Assembly: GCA_040399745.1 (NCBI GenBank)
Contig: JBBARP010000001.1
Coordinates: 266,617 to 330,616 of the forward strand
Length of the DNA stretch: 64,000 nucleotides
From: Bdellovibrionia bacterium
Lineage (GTDB): Bacteria; Bdellovibrionota; UBA1018
Reading direction: 5' to 3'
This document shows, one piece after another, positions 38,036 to 48,042 of this stretch (within the stretch, counting starts at the first letter, position 1; each line of letters begins with the position of its first letter). The notes beneath the pieces were generated by a model. It was not told where the DNA came from. It did no database searches and saw only the letters and a program-made list of their open reading frames with translations. A program made the translations under genes and the position numbers.

Positions 38036-38602
38036 ATGAGAGGTATGCATCCCTCTCTTCCTTCGGTTTCGACCCAGCAGCACAAGCTTCTTGAAACGGC
38101 CGATATTCAAGCTCGGTTGAAGCAGATCAAGATCCTGATCCTGGATGTGGATGGGGTCATGACCGATGGTCGCGTCTTCTGGCTCGATGGACACGGATGG
38201 ACCCGCTATTTCCATATCAAGGATGGCTACGGGCTGAAGGTACTCATGAAAGCCGGCATTCAGGTGGCTGTGATTTCCGGGGGTGATTCCCAGGACGTGC
38301 GGACCCGGATGGAGTTTCTCAAGGTTCCGTACGTATTTCTCGGTGATGAAAACAAGCTCGTGGCGCTCGAGAAAATTCGACAAGCCACCGGCTTCACTCA
38401 CGAGCAGATGGCGTTCATGGGTGATGAGCTGTTCGATATTCCCGTGCTCGAAAAAGTGGGCTTCGCAGCGACCGTTCCTCATGCGGTCGATCCCGTCAAA
38501 GCCAAGGTGCATTACATCACCGAAGCTCAAGGGGGCTGGGGAGCCGTTCGCGAAGTGGCCGACGCCATTCGCGACGCCCAAGGGCTGACCGCTCCGGCGT
38601 GA
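38036..38602 (+). CDS. kdsC: KDO 8-phosphate phosphatase
   Basis: LDVDGVMTDG, FHIKDGYG, FMGDELFD, GGWGAVREVAD. Confidence 0.95.
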   Translation: MRGMHPSLPSVSTQQHKLLETADIQARLKQIKILILDVDGVMTDGRVFWLDGHGWTRYFHIKDGYGLKVLMKAGIQVAVISGGDSQDVRTRMEFLKVPYVFLGDENKLVALEKIRQATGFTHEQMAFMGDELFDIPVLEKVGFAATVPHAVDPVKAKVHYITEAQGGWGAVREVADAIRDAQGLTAPA

Positions 38603-38713
38603 CGGGTCCTATCCGACTTTGATCAGGAATCGCGTGACGTGCGAGCGCTGGGGCATGGCGACACGGATGGGCTATCAATTAGATGGCTTTACGCGCCGAA
38701 GTTTTTTGGGTTT

Positions 38714-38830
38714 ATTTACGACTTTTAATGTCGTATATTAGGTCAAGAAGGTTTGAACTGTTGCTTCTAGGGTCCGAGATGAATGCGCTGCGTAAAGTCG
38801 CGTTGAATTCGGACCTGAAATGTCGTAATT
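38714..38830 (+). promoter_or_regulatory. Two 25-bp IscR type-1-like operator boxes
   Basis: ATTTACGACTTTTAATGTCGTATAT (38714-38738) and AATTCGGACCTGAAATGTCGTAATT (38806-38830); both GAC-N7-GTC with AT-rich flanks. Confidence 0.7.
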
Positions 38831-38852
38831 GAGGCGGGCTGTTGGTTTTACC

Positions 38853-39344
38853 ATGATTAAACTCAATCGGACTTCGGAGTATGGCCTGATCGCCATGCGG
38901 CACATTCACCGCAAAGGGACGATCGAACCGGGTGGTGTGACGAGCGCCCGCGAGATCTCGGACACCTATGGGTTTCCTTTTGAGATCACCGCGAAGACGC
39001 TGCAGCGCCTGAAGGACCGTGGCCTCATTCATTCAGCCCAAGGCTCTCGAGGCGGGTACACCCTTCAGCGCCGCCTGGAGGAAGTGACTTTGGGCGAGTT
39101 CATCGACTTGATGGAAGGCCCTCAGTCCCTCGTTCAGTGCGCGGCCCCAGGGAATTCATCAGGTGGCGAGTCGACCGGCTGTGAGTACTCCAGTCGCTGC
39201 GAAATCCAGTCCCTGATGAGTGATCTGAATCGCCGTGTGAACAGCTTCCTCTCCGGAATTTTTCTTTCTGAGCTTTCCTCTTCCAGTACCTCGAATCCCG
39301 CAGTCGCTTTGACTGCAAGTGCAACTCGACAGGACATCGCATGA
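38853..39344 (+). CDS. iscR: Rrf2-family regulator of the isc operon (IscR-like)
   Basis: [19 protein letters not shown], three C-terminal Cys; ATGA overlap with iscS. Confidence 0.85.
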   Translation: MIKLNRTSEYGLIAMRHIHRKGTIEPGGVTSAREISDTYGFPFEITAKTLQRLKDRGLIHSAQGSRGGYTLQRRLEEVTLGEFIDLMEGPQSLVQCAAPGNSSGGESTGCEYSSRCEIQSLMSDLNRRVNSFLSGIFLSELSSSSTSNPAVALTASATRQDIA

Positions 39345-40558
39345 AAATCCCCGTTTATTTGGACTACCACGCCACGACCCCGGTCGATCCTCAGGTCCTC
39401 GAGACCATGCTGCCTTACTTCACGCAAGTATTCGGCAACGCGGCCTCTCGCAACCACGAGTACGGCTGGACTGCTGAAGCTGCAGTCGAAAAGGCGCGCG
39501 GACAAATCGCTGCTCTGATCGGCGCAACCGACAAAGAAATCATCTTCACTTCGGGTGCCACAGAATCGAACAACTTGGCCATCACCGGCGTAGCCGAGAT
39601 GTACAAGGACAAGGGCAAGCACATCATCACTTCGGCCATCGAGCACAAAGCGGTCTTGGATACTTGCTTGGCGCTCGAGCAGAAGGGCTACGAGATCAGC
39701 TACGTTCCGGTCGATTCGACCGGTCGCGTGGACCTGGTAGAGCTTCGCAAGCTCATTCGCCCGGACACGATCCTTGTGTCCATCATGTTTGCCAATAACG
39801 AGATTGGTTCCATCAATCCCGTGGCCGAGATCGGGAAACTCTGTAAGGAGAAAGGCGTTCTTTTCCACACCGACGCCGTTCAAGCTGCAGGGAAGGCCGA
39901 GATCGACGTGCAGGCTCAAGGCATTGATCTGCTGTCTCTGACAGCCCACAAAATCTACGGTCCCAAGGGCGTAGGCGCGCTGTACGTGCGTCGAAAAGGC
40001 CCGCGTGTTCGTCTCAGTCCGATCGTCCACGGGGGCGGTCACGAGCGCGGAATGCGCTCGGGCACTTTGAACGTTCCGGGCATCGTGGGCTTCGGAAAAG
40101 CAGCCGAACTCGCGAAGAAGTACCTTCCTGAAGAAACTGCGCGCGTGAAGCGTCTGTGCGATCGCCTGTGGGCCGGAATTCAGGAACAGCTCGATGAAGT
40201 GTATCTGAACGGTCATCCTGAGTACCGCCTGCCCAACAACCTGAACGTCAGCTTCGCCTTCGTCGAAGGTGAGTCACTGATGATGGGGATGAAAGAGTTG
40301 GCAGTGTCGTCGGGCTCGGCTTGTACTTCGGCATCCCTTGAGCCTTCCTACGTCTTGAAGAGTATCGGCGTGGGCGAGGACTTGGCGCATACCTCGATTC
40401 GTTTTGGTCTGGGGCGTTTTACGACCGAAGAAGAGATTGATTTTGCTTTGAAGAAGGTCGTCGCGACCGTGCGTAAGCTTCGCGACCTTTCGCCCCTTTA
40501 CGAAATGGTCAAAGAGGGGATCGATCTGAAGTCGATCGCCTGGACCGGACACCACTGA
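39341..40558 (+). CDS. iscS: Cysteine desulfurase
   Basis: [42 protein letters not shown]. Confidence 0.98.
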   Translation: MKIPVYLDYHATTPVDPQVLETMLPYFTQVFGNAASRNHEYGWTAEAAVEKARGQIAALIGATDKEIIFTSGATESNNLAITGVAEMYKDKGKHIITSAIEHKAVLDTCLALEQKGYEISYVPVDSTGRVDLVELRKLIRPDTILVSIMFANNEIGSINPVAEIGKLCKEKGVLFHTDAVQAAGKAEIDVQAQGIDLLSLTAHKIYGPKGVGALYVRRKGPRVRLSPIVHGGGHERGMRSGTLNVPGIVGFGKAAELAKKYLPEETARVKRLCDRLWAGIQEQLDEVYLNGHPEYRLPNNLNVSFAFVEGESLMMGMKELAVSSGSACTSASLEPSYVLKSIGVGEDLAHTSIRFGLGRFTTEEEIDFALKKVVATVRKLRDLSPLYEMVKEGIDLKSIAWTGHH

Positions 40559-40581
40559 TTCTTTTCCAAGGAGAAATTGCC

Positions 40582-40998
40582 ATGGCCTATACCAATAAAG
40601 TCATCGATCACTACGAGAACCCACGGAACGTCGGCGCCTTGGATAAAAACAAGGAAAACGTCGGAACGGGCTTGGTTGGCGCACCCGAATGCGGTGACGT
40701 CATGAAGCTTCAAGTCGAGATCGACGAAGAAACGAACGTCATTAAAGACGCCAAGTTCAAAACTTTCGGCTGCGGATCGGCGATCGCGAGCTCTTCTTTG
40801 GCCACCGAGTGGATCAAAGGAAAGACCATCGATGAAGCCTTGGCCATCAAGAATACTCAGATCGTCGAAGAGCTTTCACTTCCCCCGATCAAGATCCATT
40901 GCTCGGTTCTCGCTGAAGACGCGATCAAAGCGGCTATCGGTGACTACCTGAAGAAGAAGGAAATCAAGAACGGTTCCACGGGAGGGGACAAAGCATGA
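40582..40998 (+). CDS. iscU: Fe-S scaffold protein
   Basis: GAPECGD, FGCGSAIAS, LPPIKIHCS. Confidence 0.98.
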   Translation: MAYTNKVIDHYENPRNVGALDKNKENVGTGLVGAPECGDVMKLQVEIDEETNVIKDAKFKTFGCGSAIASSSLATEWIKGKTIDEALAIKNTQIVEELSLPPIKIHCSVLAEDAIKAAIGDYLKKKEIKNGSTGGDKA

Positions 40999-41324
40999 TC
41001 GTGATCAGCGACAATGCCGTGAAGGAAATCCGCCGGATTCAGGAAAGCGATCCTGCCAATTCGAGTGGCTATGTTCGAGTTCAAGTCGCCGGTGGCGGCT
41101 GCTCGGGAATGAGCTACAAGCTGGGCTTTGAAAACGAATCCCCGAAAGATTCGGACAAAGTTTTTGAGCGGGAAGGGGTTCGTGTCGTTGTCGATGCGAA
41201 GAGCTACCTGTTCTTGGCTGGCACCGAGCTCGATTACTCGGGCGGACTGAACGGCACGGGATTCACCTTCAGCAATCCGAACGCCAAGCGAACCTGTGGT
41301 TGCGGTTCCAGCTTCTCCGTCTGA
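40995..41324 (+). CDS. iscA: A-type Fe-S carrier
   Basis: [22 protein letters not shown]. Confidence 0.96.
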   Translation: MIVISDNAVKEIRRIQESDPANSSGYVRVQVAGGGCSGMSYKLGFENESPKDSDKVFEREGVRVVVDAKSYLFLAGTELDYSGGLNGTGFTFSNPNAKRTCGCGSSFSV

Positions 41325-42015
41325 GCGTTCATCCGCTCATCTGGTTTCGCCGGCCTTCTGTCAGGCTTGCGGCTCGCCCATTTCGGGAGAGCTCGCTCCG
41401 CATGCTTGCGCCCAATGCGGAGAGCCTCAGCCCGTCCAGGTCAGTGAAGGCGAAGATTTTTTTCAAGCGCTCGGGGTGGCTAGGTCCTTCCGCTTAGAAG
41501 GCCCTGCGCTCGAGAAGCGGTTTTACTTTCTTTCTCGGTCGCTCCATCCCGATCGCTTCGCTCAGCGTGGGCCCCAGGCCTTGAAGTGTTCGATCGAGCG
41601 AATGAGTCTTCTGAATCGTGCCTACCGTGCCCTGAAGGATCCGCTCCAAAGGCGTGAGCACTTGCTGGAGCTTGAGGGAATCTCGGGAAAGAAGACGCCT
41701 CAGGCGGTTCCCTTGGATTTGGCCGACGACTGGTTCGAGCTTCAGGACGTCGTCATGGAAAGCCCCGAGTCGGCCCCTCAGCGGCTTCAGGAATTTGTCG
41801 CCCGCTTGAGTCAATTGAAGTCCGAGCGAAAGATGCGCGTGGAGTCTTTGGAAATGCGCTGGGAAGAATCGCGGACGGGCACCCAGTCGCCTGACCGCGA
41901 GGCACTTCAGCTTTTGGCGCGAGAACTTGAGGCGGGTGCAACTCTAGCCTCGCTCGAGCGCGATGTGGCTCGCCTGACAAACCGTCTGGGCGTGACTTTA
42001 GGGAAATCAGAATGA
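41296..42015 (+). CDS. hscB: Fe-S co-chaperone with N-terminal tetracysteine motif
   Basis: [14 protein letters not shown]-domain [25 protein letters not shown]; start uncertain. Confidence 0.9.
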   Translation: MVAVPASPSERSSAHLVSPAFCQACGSPISGELAPHACAQCGEPQPVQVSEGEDFFQALGVARSFRLEGPALEKRFYFLSRSLHPDRFAQRGPQALKCSIERMSLLNRAYRALKDPLQRREHLLELEGISGKKTPQAVPLDLADDWFELQDVVMESPESAPQRLQEFVARLSQLKSERKMRVESLEMRWEESRTGTQSPDREALQLLARELEAGATLASLERDVARLTNRLGVTLGKSE

Positions 42016-43835
42016 GTTCATCCGGAAAATCCCCCATCATTGGAATTGATCTGGGCACCACGCACAGCTTGGTTGCGGTCGTGCAAGACGGTGTGCCTGT
42101 GATTTTGAAGTCGCGCGAAGGAAAGACGCTTCTTCCTTCCGTTGTTCACTTCGAAAACGGCCAGGCCGTGATGGGCTATTTGGCCAAGCGCCGAAAGATC
42201 ACCGATGCTTCCAATACTGTTTTTTCGCCCAAGCGGCTTTTGGGCCGTGGTTTCGAAGACCTCAAAGAATTGGCTTCGCGACTTCCTTATCCGGTCGAAC
42301 CAGGTGAAGGCGTAGCAAAGATTCGAATCGGCGGCGTGACCACGACGGCGCTCGAAGTCTCTGCAATGATTTTGGCCGAGCTCAAGCGATCCGCCGAAGC
42401 CTCCTTGGGTTGCTCGGTTCAACAAGCAGTCATTACGGTCCCTGCTTACTTCAACGATGCTCAGCGCCAAGCCACTCGCACCGCCGGGCGTTTGGCAGGA
42501 CTCCAGGTGCTTCGAATCCTCAACGAGCCGACTGCTGCGGCCTTAGCCTACGGACTCGATCGCAAGCGCGAAGGGACGATCGCGGTCTACGACTTGGGCG
42601 GCGGCACGTTTGATGTGTCGATCCTGAAGCTAGAGGACGGAATTTTTGAAGTTTTGTCCACGAGCGGAAATACGGCTCTCGGTGGCGACGATTTGGACCG
42701 GGCCCTGGCCGAGCGATTCGCAAAAGAGATCCAAGACCAAACCGGCGTGAATGCTTTGGCGGGTCAGGGCGGCGATCTGCAGTTCTGGGCGCAGCTTTTA
42801 GAGCGCGCCGAAGAAGCGAAGATTGCGCTCTCATCGCAGGAGCTCGCAGGAGTCACGATTGAGGTTCCAGGTCACGGTGAACCTTGGCGGCGAAAGGTCA
42901 GTCGTCAGGAGTTCAATGATTTGGCGCGGCCACTGCTAGCGCCGACTGCAGAAGCGTGTCTTCAAGCGCTTCAAGATGCTGGCCTCAGTCCCGACGAACT
43001 CACAGACGTGGTGCTAGTAGGCGGGCCGACCCGGCTCGCGGTCGTTCGTGAGACGGCGCGCTCCATCTTCGGGCGAGAGCCCAACGCTTCGGTCCATCCG
43101 GACGAGGTGGTGGCTCTCGGTGCGGCCATTCAAGCTGATATTCTGGCAGGCAATAACCAGGATCTTCTGCTCTTGGATGTGGTGCCTTTGACCTTGGGGA
43201 TTGAGACTTATGGCGGCTTGATGTCGCCCCTCATTGCCCGCAATACTCGCGTTCCCACCGTAGCGCAGGAAACGTTCACCACTTATGTGGACAATCAAAC
43301 TGCCGTCGATATCCATGTGCTCCAAGGCGAGCGACAGAAAGTGGAAGAGAACCGCAGTCTCGCCCGCTTTAAGCTTCGGGGCATTACTCCGCTGCCGGCC
43401 GGCTTGCCTCGGGTTCAGGTGCAATTTCTGATCGATGCCGATGGCATTCTTCAGGTTTCAGCGCGCGATCTTCGCGACGGAACCGAGCAAAGCATCGAGG
43501 TTCGCCCCAGCTTCGGCCTCAGCGACGCTGAAGTCGAACGCTTGCTGAGCGACGGGCTAGCGAACTCAAAAGAAGATGAAAACTTCCGGGCCCTGGTAGA
43601 AGCGCGAGCCGATGCTGAGCCGATTCTGCGAGCCTGTGAACGTTCGCTCGACTCTGCCCGGCGCTTATTGAGCGATTCGGATCTCCAAAGTCTGGAGACG
43701 CGCATCGCAGCCTTGCGTGCTGCCATGAATGGCACGACGGCAGATCCGATCCGCCAAGAGGTTTTTTTGTTGGATCAGGCCAGTCGTAAATTGGCTGACC
43801 TTCTCGTTCGCGACGCGGTCAGTACGGATCGTTGA
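42012..43835 (+). CDS. hscA: Fe-S chaperone (Hsp70 family)
   Basis: [40 protein letters not shown]; position between hscB and fdx. Confidence 0.93.
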   Translation: MSSSGKSPIIGIDLGTTHSLVAVVQDGVPVILKSREGKTLLPSVVHFENGQAVMGYLAKRRKITDASNTVFSPKRLLGRGFEDLKELASRLPYPVEPGEGVAKIRIGGVTTTALEVSAMILAELKRSAEASLGCSVQQAVITVPAYFNDAQRQATRTAGRLAGLQVLRILNEPTAAALAYGLDRKREGTIAVYDLGGGTFDVSILKLEDGIFEVLSTSGNTALGGDDLDRALAERFAKEIQDQTGVNALAGQGGDLQFWAQLLERAEEAKIALSSQELAGVTIEVPGHGEPWRRKVSRQEFNDLARPLLAPTAEACLQALQDAGLSPDELTDVVLVGGPTRLAVVRETARSIFGREPNASVHPDEVVALGAAIQADILAGNNQDLLLLDVVPLTLGIETYGGLMSPLIARNTRVPTVAQETFTTYVDNQTAVDIHVLQGERQKVEENRSLARFKLRGITPLPAGLPRVQVQFLIDADGILQVSARDLRDGTEQSIEVRPSFGLSDAEVERLLSDGLANSKEDENFRALVEARADAEPILRACERSLDSARRLLSDSDLQSLETRIAALRAAMNGTTADPIRQEVFLLDQASRKLADLLVRDAVSTDR

Positions 43836-43867
43836 GCTAGCTTTATTTCGCCCCACTCGGAGTCCTT

Positions 43868-44164
43868 ATGCCCCAGGTCACTTTTCTTCCCATGAATCAG
43901 GTTTGCGAAGCTCAGCCAGGCGAAAGCATTCTGGATGTCGCCATCCGAAACGACGTTCCTTTGCAGCACGCTTGCGGTGGCTTCTGTGCCTGCACGACCT
44001 GCCATGTGATCGTGCGCGCGGGTGCGGATCATTTGGCTCCGATCGAAGAGGCCGAGGAAGATCGCTTAGATGCTGCTGAGGGAGTGGGACCCCAGTCGCG
44101 TCTGGGTTGCCAAGCCCAAGTCCGGGGCGATGTGACCGTTGAGATCGTGAACATCGACGGTTGA
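43868..44164 (+). CDS. fdx: ISC-type [2Fe-2S] ferredoxin
   Basis: HACGGFCACTTCHV, SRLGCQ. Confidence 0.96.
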   Translation: MPQVTFLPMNQVCEAQPGESILDVAIRNDVPLQHACGGFCACTTCHVIVRAGADHLAPIEEAEEDRLDAAEGVGPQSRLGCQAQVRGDVTVEIVNIDG

Positions 44165-44219
44165 TTCCGATTACTCGATTCCGGCGTCAGCCTGCTGACG
44201 CTGTGATGCTCTGCGCCCG

Positions 44220-44254
44220 TTGACCCTCCCGCCTCCCGCGAGCATTCTTAAGGA
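44220..44254 (+). promoter_or_regulatory. Sigma70-type promoter of 44255 operon, leaderless configuration
   Basis: TTGACC-N17-CATTCT-N6-ATG; preceded by hairpin GCGTCAGC-ct-GCTGACGC (44184-44201) after fdx. Confidence 0.5.
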
Positions 44255-44677
44255 ATGCATCTTTCTCGTCGAATCTTGCTGAGTTGGGCTTCATGGGTCG
44301 CACTGATGGGAGTCATTGTTCCTGGCCAGTCCGCATTCTCGGCAGACTCACCCGAAGTTCACATTCATTCACTGGACCCGTCTGTTGATCTCAGTGAACT
44401 TGCTGGTCCCGGAATTCGTCTGCATCCGGCGCCTCAGGCGTCTCCGCGTCGCGGGAAGCCGCAAAGTAAATCTGAACTTCCTGGGTTAGCCGAGCGCGAC
44501 GCCGTGCTGTCGCAGAGTGGCCTCGCCACAGCGCTGAAAGGTTGGGACGAGCTCGCCCGCGATCAGCTCTTTCTTCGTGCGCGCGAACTTGATTTAGGCC
44601 GACTCAAAGGGATTTATCCCGAGCTTCCCGTAGTTGCGCTCGAGAAATTATGGACCGCCCTGAGAGGAAAGCAGTGA
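44255..44677 (+). CDS. Hypothetical secreted protein
   Basis: Signal-peptide-like N-terminus (SRRILL..SAFSA); TGATG coupling to next gene. Confidence 0.65.
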   Translation: MHLSRRILLSWASWVALMGVIVPGQSAFSADSPEVHIHSLDPSVDLSELAGPGIRLHPAPQASPRRGKPQSKSELPGLAERDAVLSQSGLATALKGWDELARDQLFLRARELDLGRLKGIYPELPVVALEKLWTALRGKQ

Positions 44678-46005
44678 TGCGCTCGGCATGGAAGCTGGTC
44701 ATCGCGGCATCGATTCTTTTTGCACCTGCTGCCTATGCGCAGGAAAAAAGCGCCATTCTCTTTCTTAACTTCAATGACGCCAAGAACGAGATCAAGCAGG
44801 TGCGTGCAGCTGCCGAGGCTCGAGGAGAAGACGTGGTCGTGATTCCCGAGGAGGGGAGCGATCCGAAGAAGAGCGCTTACCTGAACACGAAGTTTTTGAC
44901 CCGGGAGTTAAAGAAGCTCCAGAACTCGGGTGTGAATGTTTCTTCCGTCATCTTTTCCGGGCACTCTGCTGGACCTCAGGGGTTCTTTGGTACCCAGGGA
45001 GAAATGACCCGCGAGGAACTTGATGTGGCGTTTCAGTTCGCACCAAAGATCCAAAACAGTGTCCGCGCTGTTCACCTGTTTGGCTGTTACGCCGCTGCGA
45101 AGAGCGGAGTGAAGCTTTGGGGTGCGCTGTTTCCCAAGGCCAAGTTGATCTCTGGATTTCATGGCTCGGCACCAGGAAGTCGCTCGGGCGAAGGTTATTA
45201 TTCCTTCATTCAGGATCTTCTGAAAAAAGAGGGAGAGTTCCTAAAAAAACTCGATACTGCAGAGCTAAACCAGAAGTTTCGCGAGCTCAATTTCGCGCTC
45301 AAAATGAATACGGCTCTTTGTTCGGGGGGACGTTATTACGTCGACTCCAAAGGCGTCGTCGATCTTCGAAAGCACGCGGTCAATTGCCCGGAGGCCGATA
45401 TCCAGAAGCTGAAGGAGGGCCGGCTTTCCGTTTTTCTGAAGTACCACCTTTGTTCAGATACGCCTGATGTTCCGAAGAGCACTCAAGTCTCGGACCTTCG
45501 GACCTATTACTCATTGGGAAGAAAGTACGAGCACTGTGTCGAGGAATTTCGAGACTGGCAGATTCCATCTCCGGACCGGGTTCTTCGGCTGATTTTTTTC
45601 AGAAACGTTTTGGCTAACTTTCAGCAGTTTTATTCCGACGATTTGGGTCTCGTCCCAGATTCGATCCAGTCGCTTCAAAAGGCTTTTCCAAAACTCGATC
45701 GATTCGTAATGCCAGAAGACCTCACTCGGCTGAATCGCAAGCAGGTCCGTGATGTCAGCGATCGGCTGCAACTCTTTTTGATCGACGCAGTCGAGAAGGT
45801 GAGCGAGTTGAAATCAGGGTCGAAGAAAAAGGCTTTGATGAAGGACATCCAGAAACTCGGCAAGATGCGTTTCCTCTTTCAGAACCTCCTCGTGAACACC
45901 TCGCCAGCTTGTGTACCCTTGAACTGGATCGAGCCGGAGTCGGCTCGCGGGGAGCTCTCCAAGCCGTCCCAGGGCTCAGGGTGTGATTCGGGTGAGGTCG
46001 TATGA
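44677..46005 (+). CDS. Secreted protein with clan-CD (caspase/CHAT-like) peptidase motifs
   Basis: Signal peptide ending AYA; VIFSGHS (His codon 44962) and VHLFGCY (Cys codon 45085), each after a hydrophobic strand. Confidence 0.6.
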   Translation: MRSAWKLVIAASILFAPAAYAQEKSAILFLNFNDAKNEIKQVRAAAEARGEDVVVIPEEGSDPKKSAYLNTKFLTRELKKLQNSGVNVSSVIFSGHSAGPQGFFGTQGEMTREELDVAFQFAPKIQNSVRAVHLFGCYAAAKSGVKLWGALFPKAKLISGFHGSAPGSRSGEGYYSFIQDLLKKEGEFLKKLDTAELNQKFRELNFALKMNTALCSGGRYYVDSKGVVDLRKHAVNCPEADIQKLKEGRLSVFLKYHLCSDTPDVPKSTQVSDLRTYYSLGRKYEHCVEEFRDWQIPSPDRVLRLIFFRNVLANFQQFYSDDLGLVPDSIQSLQKAFPKLDRFVMPEDLTRLNRKQVRDVSDRLQLFLIDAVEKVSELKSGSKKKALMKDIQKLGKMRFLFQNLLVNTSPACVPLNWIEPESARGELSKPSQGSGCDSGEVV

Positions 46006-47591
46006 GCGGTTGTTTCGATCGAAGAGGCTCTCGGTCCTTTTTGGTTATGATCGTTTTGGCCTTGGGCGTTCTCTCGGAAAATTCCCGGGCTGAGTCGACT
46101 TCCGCGGAGTCGTTTGTCTATCGCCTGACCGGCGAGCCCGAGACCTTGGATTGGAACAAGGCCAGCGGCAACGTGGAAACCAACCTGATCACGAATCTGA
46201 TGGAGGGGTTGGTTGGATTTGATTCCAAGATGAGGATCATTCCGAAGCTCGCTCGTTCGTGGGAAATCAGCCCTGACGGCAAGGTTTACACGTTTCACCT
46301 GCGTCCGGGGGTTCAGTGGAGTGATGGAGTTCCCCTTCGTGCCCAAGATTTTGTGTTTAGCTGGCAAAGGCTGCTGAGTCCTTTGACGGGTGCGCCCTAT
46401 GCTTACCTGCTTCAAGACATTCAAGGTGCGGAGGCCTTCCGGCAGGGAAAAAATCCTGACTTTGCATCCGTCGGAGTGCGAGCTCTGAATGACAGTACTC
46501 TTCAAGTGCAGCTTGAGCGACCGGTGGCGCATTGGCTCAACATCCCGACTTTCTGGGTCACGTTTCCGATGCGTCAGGACGTGGTCGAGAAGGCGGGCAA
46601 TAGCTGGGCGCGGCCGGGTCAAATCGTCACGCTCGGACCTTACAGTTGGATCTCGCACGACATTCAGTCCAAACTCGTTTTTCGTGCGAACCCTCGCTAC
46701 TGGGGCCAGAGAGGAAACGTCCAGGAAGTGGTCGCGCGAATCATTCGCGACGACGCTGAAGCTCTGCGACTCTATGAGGCGGGAAAGCTCGATTTCTTGG
46801 CGGGGCTGACTTCAGTCGATTCGGAGCGCCTTCGCAAGCGGCGGGATTTTCGATCCTTCCCCGCTTTGAAGACAGGTTACTTGGGCTTTACCGTCATAAA
46901 ATACCCAGTGAGCGACGTTCATTTTCGTCGGGGCCTGGCGCAGGCCATCGATCGTAGCGGCATTCGCAAGATTCTGGCAGCAGGACACCTTCCGGCCCAC
47001 TCCTTCATTCCTCCGGGGGTCTCAGGCTTTGACCCGAGGGTTGCCCTGCCGTTTGATCTGGTAGCAGCTCGAAAAGAGATCCGCCTCGCAGGTCTCGATC
47101 CCGCTGCGCCGCTTCAGCTGGAGCTTCTGGTCTTGGGTTGGGAACAGCAGCTTCTGGTTGGGCAATTCGTGCAAAATGAATGGAAGCGCAATCTGGGGCT
47201 CGATGTTTCGCTCAAGGTTTTGGACCGAAAAGACTTCCGAGCCCAAATGGAGATGGGGAATCAGTCCCTCTTTATGGGGATGTGGGCTGCCGATTATCCG
47301 GATCCAGAAAACTTTTTCTCCGTCTTTCTGAAGGATTCCGGAAACAACCGAGCACGTTGGAGTCAGGCGCGTTACGATCAGATCGTTCGTGCGGCGCGGA
47401 GCTCGAAAAGTCCGGCCTTCCGAAAACGAGTTTATCAAAAGGCACATGAGTTGCTTCTGCGAGACGAAGTGGTGTTGGTGCCGCTTTATCATGAGGCCAA
47501 TCTCGGACTGGTGAAGAGTCGAGTTCGAGGCCTGCGGGTCAGTCCACTGAGTGTCTTAGAAATTCGGGAGATTCAACTTGTCGGACCTTGA
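46002..47591 (+). CDS. Oligopeptide ABC substrate-binding protein (SBP family 5, OppA-like)
   Basis: EPETLD, NLMEGLV, LARSWEISPDGKVYTFHLRPGVQWSDG, WAADYPDP. Confidence 0.93.
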   Translation: MSGCFDRRGSRSFLVMIVLALGVLSENSRAESTSAESFVYRLTGEPETLDWNKASGNVETNLITNLMEGLVGFDSKMRIIPKLARSWEISPDGKVYTFHLRPGVQWSDGVPLRAQDFVFSWQRLLSPLTGAPYAYLLQDIQGAEAFRQGKNPDFASVGVRALNDSTLQVQLERPVAHWLNIPTFWVTFPMRQDVVEKAGNSWARPGQIVTLGPYSWISHDIQSKLVFRANPRYWGQRGNVQEVVARIIRDDAEALRLYEAGKLDFLAGLTSVDSERLRKRRDFRSFPALKTGYLGFTVIKYPVSDVHFRRGLAQAIDRSGIRKILAAGHLPAHSFIPPGVSGFDPRVALPFDLVAARKEIRLAGLDPAAPLQLELLVLGWEQQLLVGQFVQNEWKRNLGLDVSLKVLDRKDFRAQMEMGNQSLFMGMWAADYPDPENFFSVFLKDSGNNRARWSQARYDQIVRAARSSKSPAFRKRVYQKAHELLLRDEVVLVPLYHEANLGLVKSRVRGLRVSPLSVLEIREIQLVGP

Positions 47592-48042
47592 TGCTTCGTT
47601 ATCCCGCTTCAGCCGCCAAATTGGCCAAGAGTCCTCTCTCCATCGCGCCCGGCTCGATCGGGCAGCGATCGAGGCGTTTGGAAAATCGATCTCGTGGGAG
47701 ATTCCAGATGAAGTTCCGCCCAGCTTTCTCACGCGTTTTCGCCAAGGAGAGTTTGAGCTTCTGTCGCGTCTGGGTGTCGAGCTCCGCCAGGTTTTACATG
47801 CCGAGCAAGAATACCGATGGCTTGTTCCACTGATGGCCGATTCTCAGCTCGACTACCGTGCCCGCTTGGCCGACGTGCTGAGTAAGGGCGGAAAAGGTGG
47901 GCGGCTGACCTTCCTGAAGTTTGATTCCGAGTACCTGGACCCGGTTACAACTCGCGCTCTGGCGCAGAGTCGAACGGTGATGGTGATTCGGGAATCGGCG
48001 GATGGGTCGCCGCATTCCCAAAGTCAGGGAGAACCTCAATGA
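47578..48042 (+). CDS. MaoC-like N-terminal hot-dog domain protein (HadA-like)
   Basis: VPPSF, VLHAEQEYRWLVPL; lacks hydratase motif; TTG start. Confidence 0.75.
   Translation: MSDLDASLSRFSRQIGQESSLHRARLDRAAIEAFGKSISWEIPDEVPPSFLTRFRQGEFELLSRLGVELRQVLHAEQEYRWLVPLMADSQLDYRARLADVLSKGGKGGRLTFLKFDSEYLDPVTTRALAQSRTVMVIRESADGSPHSQSQGEPQ

Noticed and set aside
38603..38713. Intergenic stretch examined for tRNA, riboswitch or sRNA, and ORF 38712-39032 on minus
   Set aside because: No cloverleaf, known aptamer motif or terminator seen; the ORF is antisense to the Rrf2 gene and its operator
42012..43835. Possible dnaK
   Set aside because: Position between hscB and fdx and short C-terminus indicate HscA
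44184..44201. Hairpin after fdx sharing GCGTCAGC/GCTGACG with the 59720 hairpin (REP-like family?)
   Set aside because: Only two instances, arms in opposite order, short match; no U-tract so not called a terminator
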